64,000 nucleotides of DNA from Gekko japonicus (Eukaryota): contig NW_015164182.1 of NCBI RefSeq assembly GCF_001447785.1, positions 295,525 to 359,524 of the forward strand, read 5' to 3'. Shown one piece after another: positions 12,493-24,574 of this stretch; position 1 is the stretch's first letter; the number at the start of each line of letters is the position of its first letter. Both the position numbers and the translations under genes were made by a program. The notes below the pieces were generated by a model that was not told where the DNA came from, did no database searches, and saw nothing but the letters and a program-made list of their open reading frames with translations.

Positions 12493-13771
12493 CCAGCTGG
12501 AGCTATTCAAGCAGCTGCCTCCTTTCCTTGTACCTTCATGCCTTCCTGTCTCCACTACTGGCTCTTGGTGGTGGAAGGTGGTGGGGTTTGCATCAGCATC
12601 TTCTTTGTGAAGGCAAGCAGAGGCAAGGGGGCTTCTAGTTTAGAAGAACTACAATTACAAAGGGAGCCTTGACTTTCGAAAGCTCATACCCCCAAAATCT
12701 TGTTGGTCTCTAAGGTGCTGCTGGACTCGAATCTAGGTCTGCTACTATGGTGACATGCTAAAGGTTTATAAAATTGTCATGGAAGACACTTTTCTCCCTG
12801 TCTCAGAAATACTAAAAATTAGGCTCATCCAATTAAATAGAGTTCAGGACAGGGGGGAAACTCCCTGCAAGTCTTTTAAGTAGTGCATCCAAAGGACTTT
12901 GTTGCTAGGAGTTGTACTCCTGGGGTCCATAATGCCCCCCTTGGGGTTGGCAACCATCAGCTGAAGGAGTACCAGTCTGGTCCATCAGGGTTCTTCCACT
13001 GTGCTGGTCATCCAACACAGGTCTGCAGATAGACAGACTTGACTTTATTTGGTCAGAGAGCCTGGCATGGTGTAGCAGTGAGTGTCAGACTAGGATCTGG
13101 GAGATCCAGGTTCAGATCCTCACTTTACCATGGAAGCTTGCTGAGTGACATTGGGCCAGTTGCGTGTACTCGGCTTAACCCACCTCATAGGGTTGTTGTA
13201 AGGATAAAATGGATGGAAGAATAATGTAAGTTGCTTTGGGTCCTGGTTAGGGAGAAATGTAAAGAGATACTGAGTAAAGAGATACTTTCCCTGCCTGCAG
13301 TTTACAAGCAAAAAAGGCAAAATACATGAGGAAAGATGAGCGAGGGGAGTGGTAGACAGAGATCAGTTTGGGCCTCTGCATTTATACCCAATTGAGCTTC
13401 TCTTCCTGTTTGGAGGGAGATGGCATGACTGTTCTGCGGCCTTTTGTCCTTTGGCTGATGATGGAGGCTGGAGCGTACTGCAGTGCCAAAACAACTGGCA
13501 GTTGGGACAGGGAACCCAGTTCCCTCCAGCCGCTGCTTCTGTGGCTGGATCCATTTTGTTTTTCCTGTGACGGAAATAATGCAATTTCCTCATGCATCTG
13601 GTTATTCTGGGTGGAATAATAGACTATAATGCAGTATTTTGCACTCTCCCGTGGGTGACTACAGTTGTGTCATGGAGTGTCTCCACTAACACTTCTGTGT
13701 TTTTCGCTCCTTTGAGTGTGCATTGGTTACTTGCAGCTCTGGTTTGAGGATTTTGGTTCCCTCCCCTGCAG

Positions 13772-13887
13772 GACCCTCTGAGCTCTTTGAGGCCTGGCTA
13801 TCACACTTTGACCTAGAAGAGAAAAAAAAGGAGATCTCGGAGCTGCTGGGGAGCAGCCCGTCCATCCGATCACTGTACACCAAAATG
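13772..13887 (+). CDS. BSDC1: BSDC1 exon 6 (BSD domain, GPSELFEAWLSHFDLEEKKKEISELLGSSPSIRSLYTKM)
   Basis: cag|GA...ATG|gtaag, 116 nt. Confidence 0.95.
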
Positions 13888-14300
13888 GTAAGGTGGCACG
13901 GCATAGCTTAGTCCCTTTGTTCTCTTGCAGCCACTGCTGACACCGAGCTCTCGTGATGTTACTTGAGAATGTTATTGGCAGAAATAGGGTATTCTTCTGT
14001 CTTTAGAGGAGTGGGCCAAGGCTGCTCACTATGGCACTGATCAAACAAAGGATAAAAGATTTCAGTTCTGTTTTCTATGTAGAGTTCTTGCCTGCAGGGG
14101 ACTGCCAGCTTCCACTCTGACTGGGGTTGCTGAAGATCCAAGAGGGCAGATTTAGTGTTAAGCCTAGACCTCTGCAGTTGGGGTTAATTTGATGAGATGG
14201 TCCAGGAGGAGATCTTCCATACGTGACTGGGTTTAAGAGAAGCCGTACCAACAAAGTCCTCACTCTGTGCTTATTCTTCTGTTTCCTTCCAATGACCCAG

Positions 14301-14369
14301 GTGCCAGTGGCTGTGTCCCACTCAGAGTTCTGGCAACGCTACTTCTATAAAGTCCATCAGTTGGAGCAG
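14301..14369 (+). CDS. BSDC1: BSDC1 exon 7 (BSD domain, VPVAVSHSEFWQRYFYKVHQLEQ)
   Basis: cag|GTG...CAG|gtaaa. BSD hallmark FWxRYF. Confidence 0.96.
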
Positions 14370-15116
14370 GTAAATTTGCAGAGGTTCCCTGAGGGTGAGA
14401 GCTTTTATGTGGGCAGTTTTGCTCCGATGCAGGCTATGGTTGAGTATGGCACAAAAGGTTATTTGGAGAAAGAGTCCTTCACCGTATTTCAGGAGAGAGA
14501 GATGCCGAGCTCTGGGGAGGACATAATTGACTACATCTTTCTTCCTTTCTTCCATGTGCACCCCTCCTTACACAACCTTCTTATGAATTAGTGGGTTCAG
14601 TGATACAAAGGGTGTGCATCCCACAGCATTCGTAGACCTTATGGAGAGGAGTCCCTGGAGAGAGACTAGGCTTCTGGAAGCCTTGCAGACTATCCCTTAT
14701 TAAACTCCAGCATAGATTGCATCAGAATTCTGGAGGCATTCTTTTGTGTCTACTGTTCGAAAGCATCACAAGCTGCCTGAAAAATCAAGTTGCCAAGGAG
14801 GTGGTTGCACGTCAGTGACAGAGAAGGCAGCAAGTGTAAGAGTCCCTGTTGGCCAAAAAGTCTACCTGGTAACAGAGTAAGCAAAGAGCTGCCTGGTGAT
14901 CTAGCAACCTTTGCACCTGATGCTGGGATTACTGCAGTATCTGGGGCTCTGAAAACAGCCATAGAGTTGACTCTCTTGACATATGGCTCTGATGGTGCCT
15001 TCCTGGCAATCGGGAGGCTGCCTGAGTGTTTGCTGTCTCTGTTATTAGGATGGGAGGCGTCTCAAAACCAAATAGACATAAATTTGCACCTGTCATGACC
15101 CCAGGGGGGTTGCCAC

Positions 15117-15322
15117 CAATGTTCCCTCGAAGCTGTGGAGTCTTGTGAGCAAGAGTTCTACTTTGTGAGCTACTGGTATTAAAGTTGTGAGCGAGTGATT
15201 TGGCTGCTACTTAAATTAGTTTGCTCTGGAGCCATCCTTCCTGAGCTACGACAAAAATGTATGAGCTGGAGGTTAAAAAACTGAGAGCTAGCTCACACTA
15301 ACTCAGCTTAGAGGGAACACTG
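15117..15322. mobile_element. hAT-type MITE (206 bp) nested in the LTR stub
   Basis: TIRs caatgttccctcgaagctg and cagcttagagggaacactg. 8-bp TSD gttgccac/gtcgccac. Confidence 0.88.
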
Positions 15323-15840
15323 GTCGCCACCTTCAGCTGCCACCACTCTGGACTTGACTGCTGTTGTGGCGGCTCTCCTTTCACCTCTGACAGCTTACCG
15401 GACCAAGGTGGGGACTTAGGAGACTCCCTCTTATCCCAGTCACAAGGGGTGCTGTACTTCTGCCCTCCGTAGGCTTCAGCCAATTGCTTGGACCACTGTC
15501 CTGCTTCCTGGAGAGTGGAAGGACTCTTGTCCACAGGGGGCGCCTAATATGCTCTGGAAGAAGAGTCAGGAACCTGTCGATGCACATCAGGACCTTGATG
15601 TCATCCATGGTCTTGGCCACAGCAACCTCTACCCATAAATCATAGGTTCTTCCCAGCCTATACATCAGCTGTGGGTAGGGCTCTTTACCTTCCAGCCAAG
15701 CGCTTTCAGGCCCCTTCTTTGGTGAACCCCTCTCACTGATGCACTCTTTGATTGGAGAGCTTATAGTTGGTCCTCGCTTCGTCTTCCATCTGGCCAGACA
15801 CTGAAGGCAGGACTCCAGACAGCTGCGGTTTCACCTTTTC

Positions 15841-18315
15841 TTATTTATTTTATTTATTTATTTTCATACTTATACCCCGCCCTCCCCAGTGGGCTCAGGG
15901 CGGCTCACAGAGGCAAGAACAACTTGCCATGATAAAACAATATATACAAAACAGTTTAAAACATATACTACATATTAAAATATAATAACAGGTGCTCAAA
16001 CTCCCATTCATAATCTAAAAGATGGCGGATTGAATGTCCAAAGTCCCACGAAGACGGCAGGAGGATTCTTCGATAGCAGATGTTTAATCAGGACCTCAGG
16101 GCGATGGTGGTATAGTAGGGGTGGCGGCTCCTACTCAAAAGCCTGGCGGAAGAGCTCCGTCTTGCAGGCCCTACGGAATTGCATGAGGTCCCGCAGGGCC
16201 CTGATCTCCTCCGGGAGCTCATTCCACCAGGTAGGAGCCGCCACCGAAAAGGCCCTGGTCCTCGTGGCGGCTAGTTTGACATCCTTAGGGCCCGGGATGA
16301 CTAATAAATTTTGGGCCCCTGACCGTAGTGCTCTTGGGGGAACATACAGGGAAAGGCGGTCCTTCAGGTAGGTTGGACCCTGGCCATGTAGGGCTTTATA
16401 GGTAACAACCAGCACTTTGAAGCGAATCCGGTACGCTATTGGCAACCAGTGCAGCGCTTTCAGCGCAGGCCGCACATGGTCCCTTCTAGAGAGACCCATT
16501 AACAGCCTGGCCGCAGCATTCTGCACCAGTTGCAGCCTCCGGATTNNNNNNNNNNNNNNNNNNNNNNNNNNNNNNNNNNNNNNNNNNNNNNNNNNNNNNN
16601 NNNNNNNNNNNNNNNNNNNNNNNNNNNNNNNNNNNNNNNNNNNNNNNNNNNNNNNNNNNNNNNNNNNNNNNNNNNNNNNNNNNNNNNNNNNNNNNNNNNN
16701 NNNNNNNNNNNNNNNNNNNNNNNNNNNNNNNNNNNNNNNNNNNNNNNNNNNNNNNNNNNNNNNNNNNNNNNNNNNNNNNNNNNNNNNNNNNNNNNNNNNN
16801 NNNNNNNNNNNNNNNNNNNNNNNNNNNNNNNNNNNNNNNNNNNNNNNNNNNNNNNNNNNNNNNNNNNNNNNNNNNNNNNNNNNNNNNNNNNNNNNNNNNN
16901 NNNNNNNNNNNNNNNNNNNNNNNNNNNNNNNNNNNNNNNNNNNNNNNNNNNNNNNNNNNNNNNNNNNNNNNNNNNNNNNNNNNNNNNNNNNNNNNNNNNN
17001 NNNNNNNNNNNNNNNNNNNNNNNNNNNNNNNNNNNNNNNNNNNNNNNNNNNNNNCAGTGCCGCCACACCACCTTGATCCAGATGCCTTCGGAGATTGTCA
17101 GTCAGGGCGACCAAAGCCGTCTCAGTCCCGTGGCCCGGGCAGAAACCGGACTGGAAGGGATCTAAGACTGAAGCATCCTCCAGAAAGCCCTGTAACTGTG
17201 ACACCACCGCCCTCTCTATAAGTTTGCCCAAATAGGGCAAATTGGACACCGGCCGATAGTTCGCCAATTCGGCCGGGTCCAGAGATGGTTTTTTTAAGAG
17301 GGGGCGGACCATCGCGTCCTTGAGCGCATTCGGGAACCGTCCCTCCGTTGATAATATCCCGCAATGTGCCTCGCAACCCCTCGGGACCCGCTTTAACAAG
17401 CCACGAGGGGCACGGATCAAGGTCGCAAGTCGTTGGGCGCACAGAGACGAGCAATCTGTCCACTTCGTCCAGACTGAGCTGATTAAAACACTCTAAACCC
17501 GCTACCGAGGACGCGCAAGGGGCCTCAAGTTCGCTCACTGTCTCAAGTGTGGCGGGCAGGTCGCGGCGAAGCTCCAAGACTTTATCCGCGAAAAAGCTCG
17601 CAAAAGCCTCACAGCCGATGTCCAATTCCCTAATATTTTGTTTGCCCTGAGGCAAGGTTGTCATATTCCGAATTACTCTAAATAATTGGGCCGGGCGCGA
17701 GCTCGCGGACGCAATCTCAGCCGCATAGAAATCCTTCTTAGCAGCCTTAACTGCCATCTCATAGGATCTCATAAACGTCCTATAAGATGTTCTTGTTGCC
17801 TCATCGCGAACACGCCGCCACCATCTCTCTAGTCGTCTCAGTTCTCGCTTCAGCAACCGCAGCCCCTGGGTATACCAGGGGGCGCGCCTAACACGAGTGC
17901 AGAGAGGACGCCTGGAAGTGATCACGTCGATGGCCGTGGAGAGCCGGACATGCCAGTCCTCCACTAGCTCCTCCAACGAACCGCCAGGGGGCCTCGGATC
18001 CCGCAGAGCCCTCTGGAACCGCTCCGGGTCCATAAGGCTCCGCGGGCGAGCAAAAATCCGCTCGCCGCCTACACAGGGTTGGGGTGGAATGCTCAGACGG
18101 GCCTTCAGGACCAGGTGGTCCGACCATGGCACTGCCTCGGCAGTGATCCGGTCCACCTCCACTCCCGCTGCAAAGATCAGATCGAGCATGTGACCAGCCC
18201 TATGCGTGGGGGCCGATACGAACTGTGAGAGTCCCAGTGCCGCCATGGACGACACCAGGTCCGTAGCCCGGCTTGAGGCCGCGTCCTCAGCATGGACGTT
18301 GAAATCACCCAAGAC
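15841..18315 (-). mobile_element. L2 LINE, 5'-truncated within the endonuclease and inserted in the Gypsy gag; contains gap 16546-17054
   Basis: ORF 17122-18312 has LGDFN, HMLDL and WSDH endonuclease motifs. RT has NYRPVSNLPYLGKLIE and QSGF..GHGTETAL. C-terminus LQLVQNAAARLL, LHWLP. (AATAA)n tail near 15841-15862. Confidence 0.9.
16546..17054. other. Assembly gap
   Basis: N run. Confidence 1.
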
Positions 18316-19931
18316 AATACCGTTCTTCGGGAACCTTGTAGTCTATGCAGACCTGTTCAAAGTTCTGAAGGAAGGCCTCGATGTCATCCCCTTCCTTATA
18401 CAGAGGATATTTCCTTCTATCCCCTTGTACATCAGCCTCCAGAGGAAGTGAAGGTGGCTCTTTTTCCAACTTTGCCATTTCAAGCTCATGCACCATCCTC
18501 ATTCTCTCCAGCTCCAGGTCTCTCTGGGCTGTCCTGTCTCTCTCCCTCTGTCTCTCTTCCTTCAGTATTCTCTCCCTTTCCAGCTTTCTCTGAGCGGCCC
18601 TGTCCTCTTTCTCAAGTTCCATCTGCTTAATTTGCAGCTGGAGACGCAAGACCTCTGCACTTGGGGTTGCCATCTCTCCGTCTGCTTTCTCCTGAGACAT
18701 CTGATCAGCAGCCCCTGCCCTGGTCTTGCTACTAGGCACAGGTGTGTCCTGTCTTCTGTCTTCCAGAACGGAGGAACATACACTGCCTAACTCTAGCCTC
18801 TCTGTCCAGTTGACCTGACAGCTAGAAATAAATAAAACCCCTTTACAGTACTGTTATTAGACCTTTTCTTGGTCTTACCGGCACCTTAAAAAAATGTGGC
18901 TTCCTGAAGCCAGACAAAGGGAAGGAGGGAAAAAATCCTTTAAAAAAATAAATAAACCAATTATGCTCTGCCTCTCCAAGTCAACATCTGGCACATCCCA
19001 CCGCTAAAAGTCACCATGTCATGATCCCCAGTGGGTTGCCACCTTCGTCTGTCACCACTCTGGACTTTGGGTCCCTTGAGAAGGCCCAGAGTACCCTCCC
19101 AAGCCCATCCAAAATGCCCCTTTTCAAGTCAAGCACATAGGTGTGATGACCAGGCAGAGAACACTTAAACAAATGGTTTATTAACACAGTACTGAGGCAA
19201 GGAAAACAAGATACGGTGCTTTAAAATATATAACAGTGTTTAAAGGCACAATAAACGAATCTAATGCGACTACCTATTTCACTTAACTAGTTACTATTTC
19301 AAGGCCCACAGCGCTTATACCAGACATCCTGCCTGTACTCACCCTGTCCCAAGTGAGGGATCTTTTCCTCAGACCAGACTGTCCCCTCAGTTTAGCTCTG
19401 TGGGAGACAAGACCACAGAAGAGAAAGAACACAATTTCCTCAGCACACATAGTTTTCACAGTCTCTTCACACAATCCCTGGACACTGATTGGTTATCACT
19501 GTCGCTAAGCATTGTGGGGATTGTAGGCTATGTCTGCTTTCCACTGCCATGCAAGTCTCTCCTGGGACCTGGCTTCACTAGGCCTTGTTCCCAGTCCTGC
19601 ACAGATCATGACAGCACCCTTGAAGGAATGCCGCCTCTTTCTCCAGGCCACTGCTTCTGCTTTATGTCTCCATCCCTTCTGTCCTGTTTTCGGTTCGCCT
19701 TGTCCCTAGAGGTGCAGCTCCGGTTTGGCTCCCCCACCTTGACAATGTTCATAGATCACAGTTCCAGAATGTCCTTCTCACACTGGTCCTGTTCCATAAT
19801 AAGGCACATTCCCCATATGGCAGGGATACCTTAAAGTCTTGTGACACTAGGAAGCCATGTGACACCTTGCTGATCAGTGGGGGACCCACTGGAGCAGCTT
19901 CTCACAGCTGTCGGAATTCTTTTCCACCCAG

Positions 19932-20013
19932 GAGGAAGTTCGAAGGGAGGCTCTGAAGCAGCGGGCTGAGCAGAGTGTTCATTTCGAGGAGGCAGGCTGG
20001 GAGGAGGAGGAGG
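19932..20013 (+). CDS. BSDC1: BSDC1 exon 8 (EEVRREALKQRAEQSVHFEEAGWEEEE)
   Basis: cag|GAG...GAGG|gtaag, 82 nt. Absent from the ORF track in this frame but matches BSDC1. Confidence 0.92.
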
Positions 20014-20504
20014 GTAAGTGAGCTGCAATTGCTTCCTGGCTGTGGAAAGTCACTAGCTTTGTCTGTTGTATGTCTTAACACTGCCTTTATTGAATTGTTA
20101 GAATTTAATCTGCCATGGTTTATGTTCGGTATGCCCAAAAGTACTCAGCCTGTGGTTGGATGGGGCATAAGCCCTTCCTTGCATCTGCCAAGGTTGTCAA
20201 AGACCCACCATGTCCTTGCAAGGATGATTTGATTCCCCTGTCCTCGGACCTAGGGCCCTGGAACAAATTCCCTTCTGATAGTTTGACTGAGACTGGGATT
20301 GTGTTCTCACACATGACAGTCGAACACACCAATAAAACCACAGGCTTTATTGAAAATATTTTCAAAAGTGGGTCAGGCTTAAACATAAGGCAAAAATAAA
20401 CAGATGCAATAAAATAATAAAATCTGTCTTGCTGTGTACATGTACATACGTGAAGTGAGAGAACAAGATGGGTAGTCCTGTTAGTCTGTCTGTAGCAATA
20501 GAGA

Positions 20505-20683
20505 AGAGTAAGAGTCCAGTAGCACCTAAAAAGACTAACAAAATTTGTGGTAGGGTATGAGCTTTCATGAGTCACTGCTCACTTCTTCTAGCTGTATCTG
20601 AAGACGTGAGTGGTGACCCACAAAAGCTCATACCCTGCCACAAATTTTGTTAGTCTTTAAGGTGCTATTGGACTCTCACTCTT
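20505..20683. repeat. Long imperfect palindrome (arms about 84 bp) of Penelope-type terminal repeat sequence
   Basis: agagtccagtagcacctaaaaagactaacaaaatttgtggtagggtatgagcttt is mirrored by aaagctcataccctgccacaaattttgttagtctttaaggtgctattggactct. Confidence 0.8.
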
Positions 20684-20993
20684 AAACGTGAAGAGAGACA
20701 GCCTACAATATCTTCAAATCAACATAAGCAACAAAGCAGCATGTTGGAGATCCAGTGAGATGGTACCTGGCCCTGATGGTATTACTGGGCCATGCCCGGA
20801 AATCTTGTCCCAAATAGTTATAAGCTAACTTCATAGAAAGCTGGACCACTGACCCTCTGACTGATATAAGCCAATCAACAACACGATCCAAAACATGATT
20901 CTCGACTCCCTCCTATCTGAGTGTAGTTAAGTCAGATCACTTTGATCTTCAAAGCTGCAATCTCAGGCTTTTCATCTTGGCTTGGGAAGAGCG

Positions 20994-21619
20994 NNNNNNN
21001 NNNNNNNNNNNNNNNNNNNNNNNNNNNNNNNNNNNNNNNNNNNNNNNNNNNNNNNNNNNNNNNNNNNNNNNNNNNNNNNNNNNNNNNNNNNNNNNNNNNN
21101 NNNNNNNNNNNNNNNNNNNNNNNNNNNNNNNNNNNNNNNNNNNNNNNNNNNNNNNNNNNNNNNNNNNNNNNNNNNNNNNNNNNNNNNNNNNNNNNNNNNN
21201 NNNNNNNNNNNNNNNNNNNNNNNNNNNNNNNNNNNNNNNNNNNNNNNNNNNNNNNNNNNNNNNNNNNNNNNNNNNNNNNNNNNNNNNNNNNNNNNNNNNN
21301 NNNNNNNNNNNNNNNNNNNNNNNNNNNNNNNNNNNNNNNNNNNNNNNNNNNNNNNNNNNNNNNNNNNNNNNNNNNNNNNNNNNNNNNNNNNNNNNNNNNN
21401 NNNNNNNNNNNNNNNNNNNNNNNNNNNNNNNNNNNNNNNNNNNNNNNNNNNNNNNNNNNNNNNNNNNNNNNNNNNNNNNNNNNNNNNNNNNNNNNNNNNN
21501 NNNNNNNNNNNNNNNNNNNNNNNNNNNNNNNNNNNNNNNNNNNNNNNNNNNNNNNNNNNNNNNNNNNNNNNNNNNNNNNNNNNNNNNNNNNNNNNNNNNN
21601 NNNNNNNNNNNNNNNNNNN
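20994..21619. other. Assembly gap
   Basis: N run. Confidence 1.
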
Positions 21620-22411
21620 AAGAGAAAGACAGAGAAGGGGGACACAGAGCGAGAGGAAGAAGGAAGGTACCCACAGCCTTCCCACCCCAACTTGGCTCGC
21701 ACACACAAACACACACACTCTCCTGCCTCCCCCAACAGTGCTGGCCGCGGCAGACCCACGAGGGCTGCTGGGCCACATTGCCGAGGGGATAAGGAGAGTG
21801 CCCATGGCCCCCCCACCCTGGCTCTCTCTCACACACACACACTGGAGTACCCTGACAGTCCCCACCAGATCAACAAAAACAATTCCCGCCAGCCCACCTG
21901 AGCCTGACAAAAACAATCCCTGCCAGCCTGCTCCCGGCCACCCACCCCCAAAACAGTCCCCGCCAGCCCGGGTGCTCCCGGCCCCCCGCAAAAAAACAGT
22001 CCCCACCAGCCCTTACGCCAAACAGTCCTTGCTATCCACACCCAGCCCTACTTATCTTTCTAGCTCCAGGCGGCAGGAGATAGCACATGAGGGCTATTGC
22101 CACTGAGGGCTGCTGGGGGCGGGGCCTGTTTACTTTACTGCCAGAACACTGTTCCGGCCCAAAATTACCCCAGGTATTTGTCACGGAACTCTCCCCATGT
22201 TATTATGTAACAGTTGGTTAGCACATCAGCAAATACGCTATTGCTTTAAATTTGTGACGGGCAAATGCTGATGTTTAAACTGTCAGGTTGATTGTGACAG
22301 AGGTGACCATCTCTCTTGACAAAGGTTGATTGTGAAGGGACCAAATCTGGCCCCAGTGTTCCTGATTACTGTGAGACAGAAGGCTGTGTGCCTGCTGGCC
22401 TTGTGTTGGTT

Positions 22412-23567
22412 AGAACATAAGAACATAAGAGACGCCAATGTTGGATCAGGCCAAAGGCCCATCCAGCCCAACACTCTGTATCACACAGTGGCCAGAAATA
22501 CCAGCGCCATCAGGAGGTCCACCAGTGGGGCCAGGACATTAGAAGCCCTCCCACTGTTGACCCTCCCCCAAGCACCAAAAAGACAGAGCATCACTTGCCC
22601 CAGAGCCCCTATCTATACCTTGTGGCTAATAGCCACTGATGGACCTCTGCTCCATATGCTTATCTAATTTCCTTTTGAAGCCGTCCATGCTTGTAGCCGC
22701 CACCACTTCCTGTGGCAGTGAATTCCATGTGTTAATCACTCTTTGGGTGAAGAAGTACTTCTTTTATCCGTTCTAACCCGACCGCTCAGCAATTTCATGG
22801 AGTGCCCACGAGTTTTTGTATTGTGAGAAAGGGAGAAAAGTACCTCTTTCTCTACCTGCTCTTTCCCATGCATAATCTTATAAACCTCAATCATGTCACC
22901 CCTCAGTCGTCGTTTCTCCAAGCTAAAGAGCCCTAAGCGCCTTAACCTTGCCTCATAGGGAAAGTGTTCCAACCCTTTTATCATTCGAGTTGCCCTTTTC
23001 TGCACTTTTTCCAAAGCTATAATATCCTTTTTAAGGTGTGGTGACCAGAACTGCACACAGTATTCCAAATGAGGTCGCACCATTGATTTATATAGGGGCA
23101 TTATGATATTGGCTGATCTGTTTTCAATACCCTTTCCTAATAACCCCCAGCATAGCATTGGCCTTCTTTATTGCAGTCACACACTGTCTCGACATTTTCA
23201 GTGAGTTATCTACTACAGCTCCAAGATCTCTCTCTTGATCAGTCTCTGCCAGTTCAGACCCCATCAATGTGTATTTATATTTAGGATTTTTGGCTCCAAT
23301 GTGCATCACCTTGCACTTGGCCACATTGAACCCCATTTGCCATGTTGACGCCCACTCGCCCATCCTTGACAGATCCCTTTGGAGTGCCTCACAATCTTCA
23401 CTGGTTTTCACCACCCTGAACAACTTCGTATCATCCGCAAATTTAGCCACTTCACTGCTTACTCCCATCTCCAAATCATTAATGAAAAAAAGCAGTGGAC
23501 CAAGTACTGATCCCTGCTGTACCCCACTGCTTACCACCCTCCACTGAGAAAATTGCCCATTTATCAG
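22412..23567 (-). mobile_element. CR1 LINE 3' portion (RT C-terminal half)
   Basis: GVQQGSVLGP, KFADDTKL, YKSMVRPHLEYCVQFWSP. (CTTATGTT)-type tail. Confidence 0.92.
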
Positions 23568-24064
23568 AGCTGGTGGTTAGTTAGGCCCTGTGTAAGCATT
23601 CCGCTGTTCCGTAAGGCTGCCAGGCACTCTGGAGCTTGTTGCCTTGTCCCTTCTTCTTGGGCTTACTCAAGGTTGTGTGTTGCAGCACCACATGAGTATT
23701 TGTTGTTTTGGGGCAGGCGACCAAAGTATTTCCAGTAGTGACTTCCTGCTGGAGCATCAGTCCTGCCCTTTGAGCTCAGAAGTGGCATACAAAATAGGCC
23801 TGACTTGGCATAATCATGCTGATGGGAAGAGAAAACCACCACTGTTCTAGAAGTTCGTTTGGGCAGCAAGTTCTTTGGTTGGGCTTAAGTCTGGTATACA
23901 TCCTTCTGTTTTGACTTGCCTCAGACGGGGGGAAGGAAGATTGAAAGGAAGAGGGCTTTTACCTGCTAAACATTCCACTGTGCTCTTCCTGTGAAATTGT
24001 GTGCTGCCTGTCACACCATCAGTCAAACCCTTCCCCCCCCCCCTTCCTGCCTTTCTTGCCACAG

Positions 24065-24574
24065 AGGAGTTCCTTGGGTCGTCACCAGCCCCCCAGTTTC
24101 ATGTCAACATTCAGTCTCTCCAAGAGATGAAGCCACCCTCCCCCATCTCTGCAGAATTTGTCACTCCGACCCTGGAGGCATCCGTGGAAAGCTGGGCTAT
24201 GCTGAGCACCCCAGTGGAGGTCACCCCGTCGGAAAGCAGTGAGAGCATCTCCTTGGTGACTCAAATCGCAACCCCCCTGGCCGTACCTACTGCCCCTTTA
24301 CAGACTGGAGCCCAGCTCTTTGGGGCAGGAGACCTCTCTCAGAGGCTGCAGGAAGCGAGTGCGGAAGAGCCGGCCTCATCACCAAAGCCAGAAGAGCCCA
24401 TGCGGCCTCCTCCAGCCTCACAGGAAGTGAAGCCTTCTCCGGAGAAGCCCAAGGAGCAAGTGGAGAACAAGCTGGCAAACAGGATAGAGAGGGAGGATGG
24501 ACCCACAGATCTGCGAGTCTTTGAACTCAACTCGGACAGCGGGAAATCCACACCCTCCAATAACGGGAAGAAAG
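24065..24574 (+). CDS. BSDC1: BSDC1 exon 9 (510 nt, Ser/Pro/Glu-rich; EVTPSESSESISLVTQIA ... PTDLRVFELNSDSGKSTPSNNGKK)
   Basis: cag|AG...AAAG|gtgag. Conserved BSDC1 motifs in ORF 24001-24591. Confidence 0.95.

Larger units (their letters stand above)
15091..19846 (-). mobile_element. Gypsy (Gmr1-like) LTR retrotransposon relic: 5' LTR 19017-19846, PBS, gag remnant, 3' LTR stub; pol deleted
   Basis: LTR bounded by TGTCA...TGACA, with minus-strand AATAAA at 19177-19182. PBS-like TGGTGAC(TTTT)AGCGGTGGGAT at 18995-19016. gag ORF 18739-18305 (coiled coil, then YKEGDDIEAFLQNFE). Capsid/SCAN-like peptide near 15665-15460. 15091-15355 duplicates the LTR end at 19017-19068. Confidence 0.8.

Noticed and set aside
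18305-18739. 144-aa coiled-coil ORF as a host or domesticated gene
   Set aside because: Follows an LTR and PBS, is cut by an L2, and its continuation has stops and frameshifts.
15081-19870. TSD for the Gypsy element
   Set aside because: Flanks (gcacc and ctagg) do not match, so the outer LTR boundary is somewhat uncertain.
20932-22106. Long ORFs of 270-370 aa
   Set aside because: They run through N gaps; the same applies to ORFs spanning 16546-17054 and 47554-48137, apart from the L2 parts.
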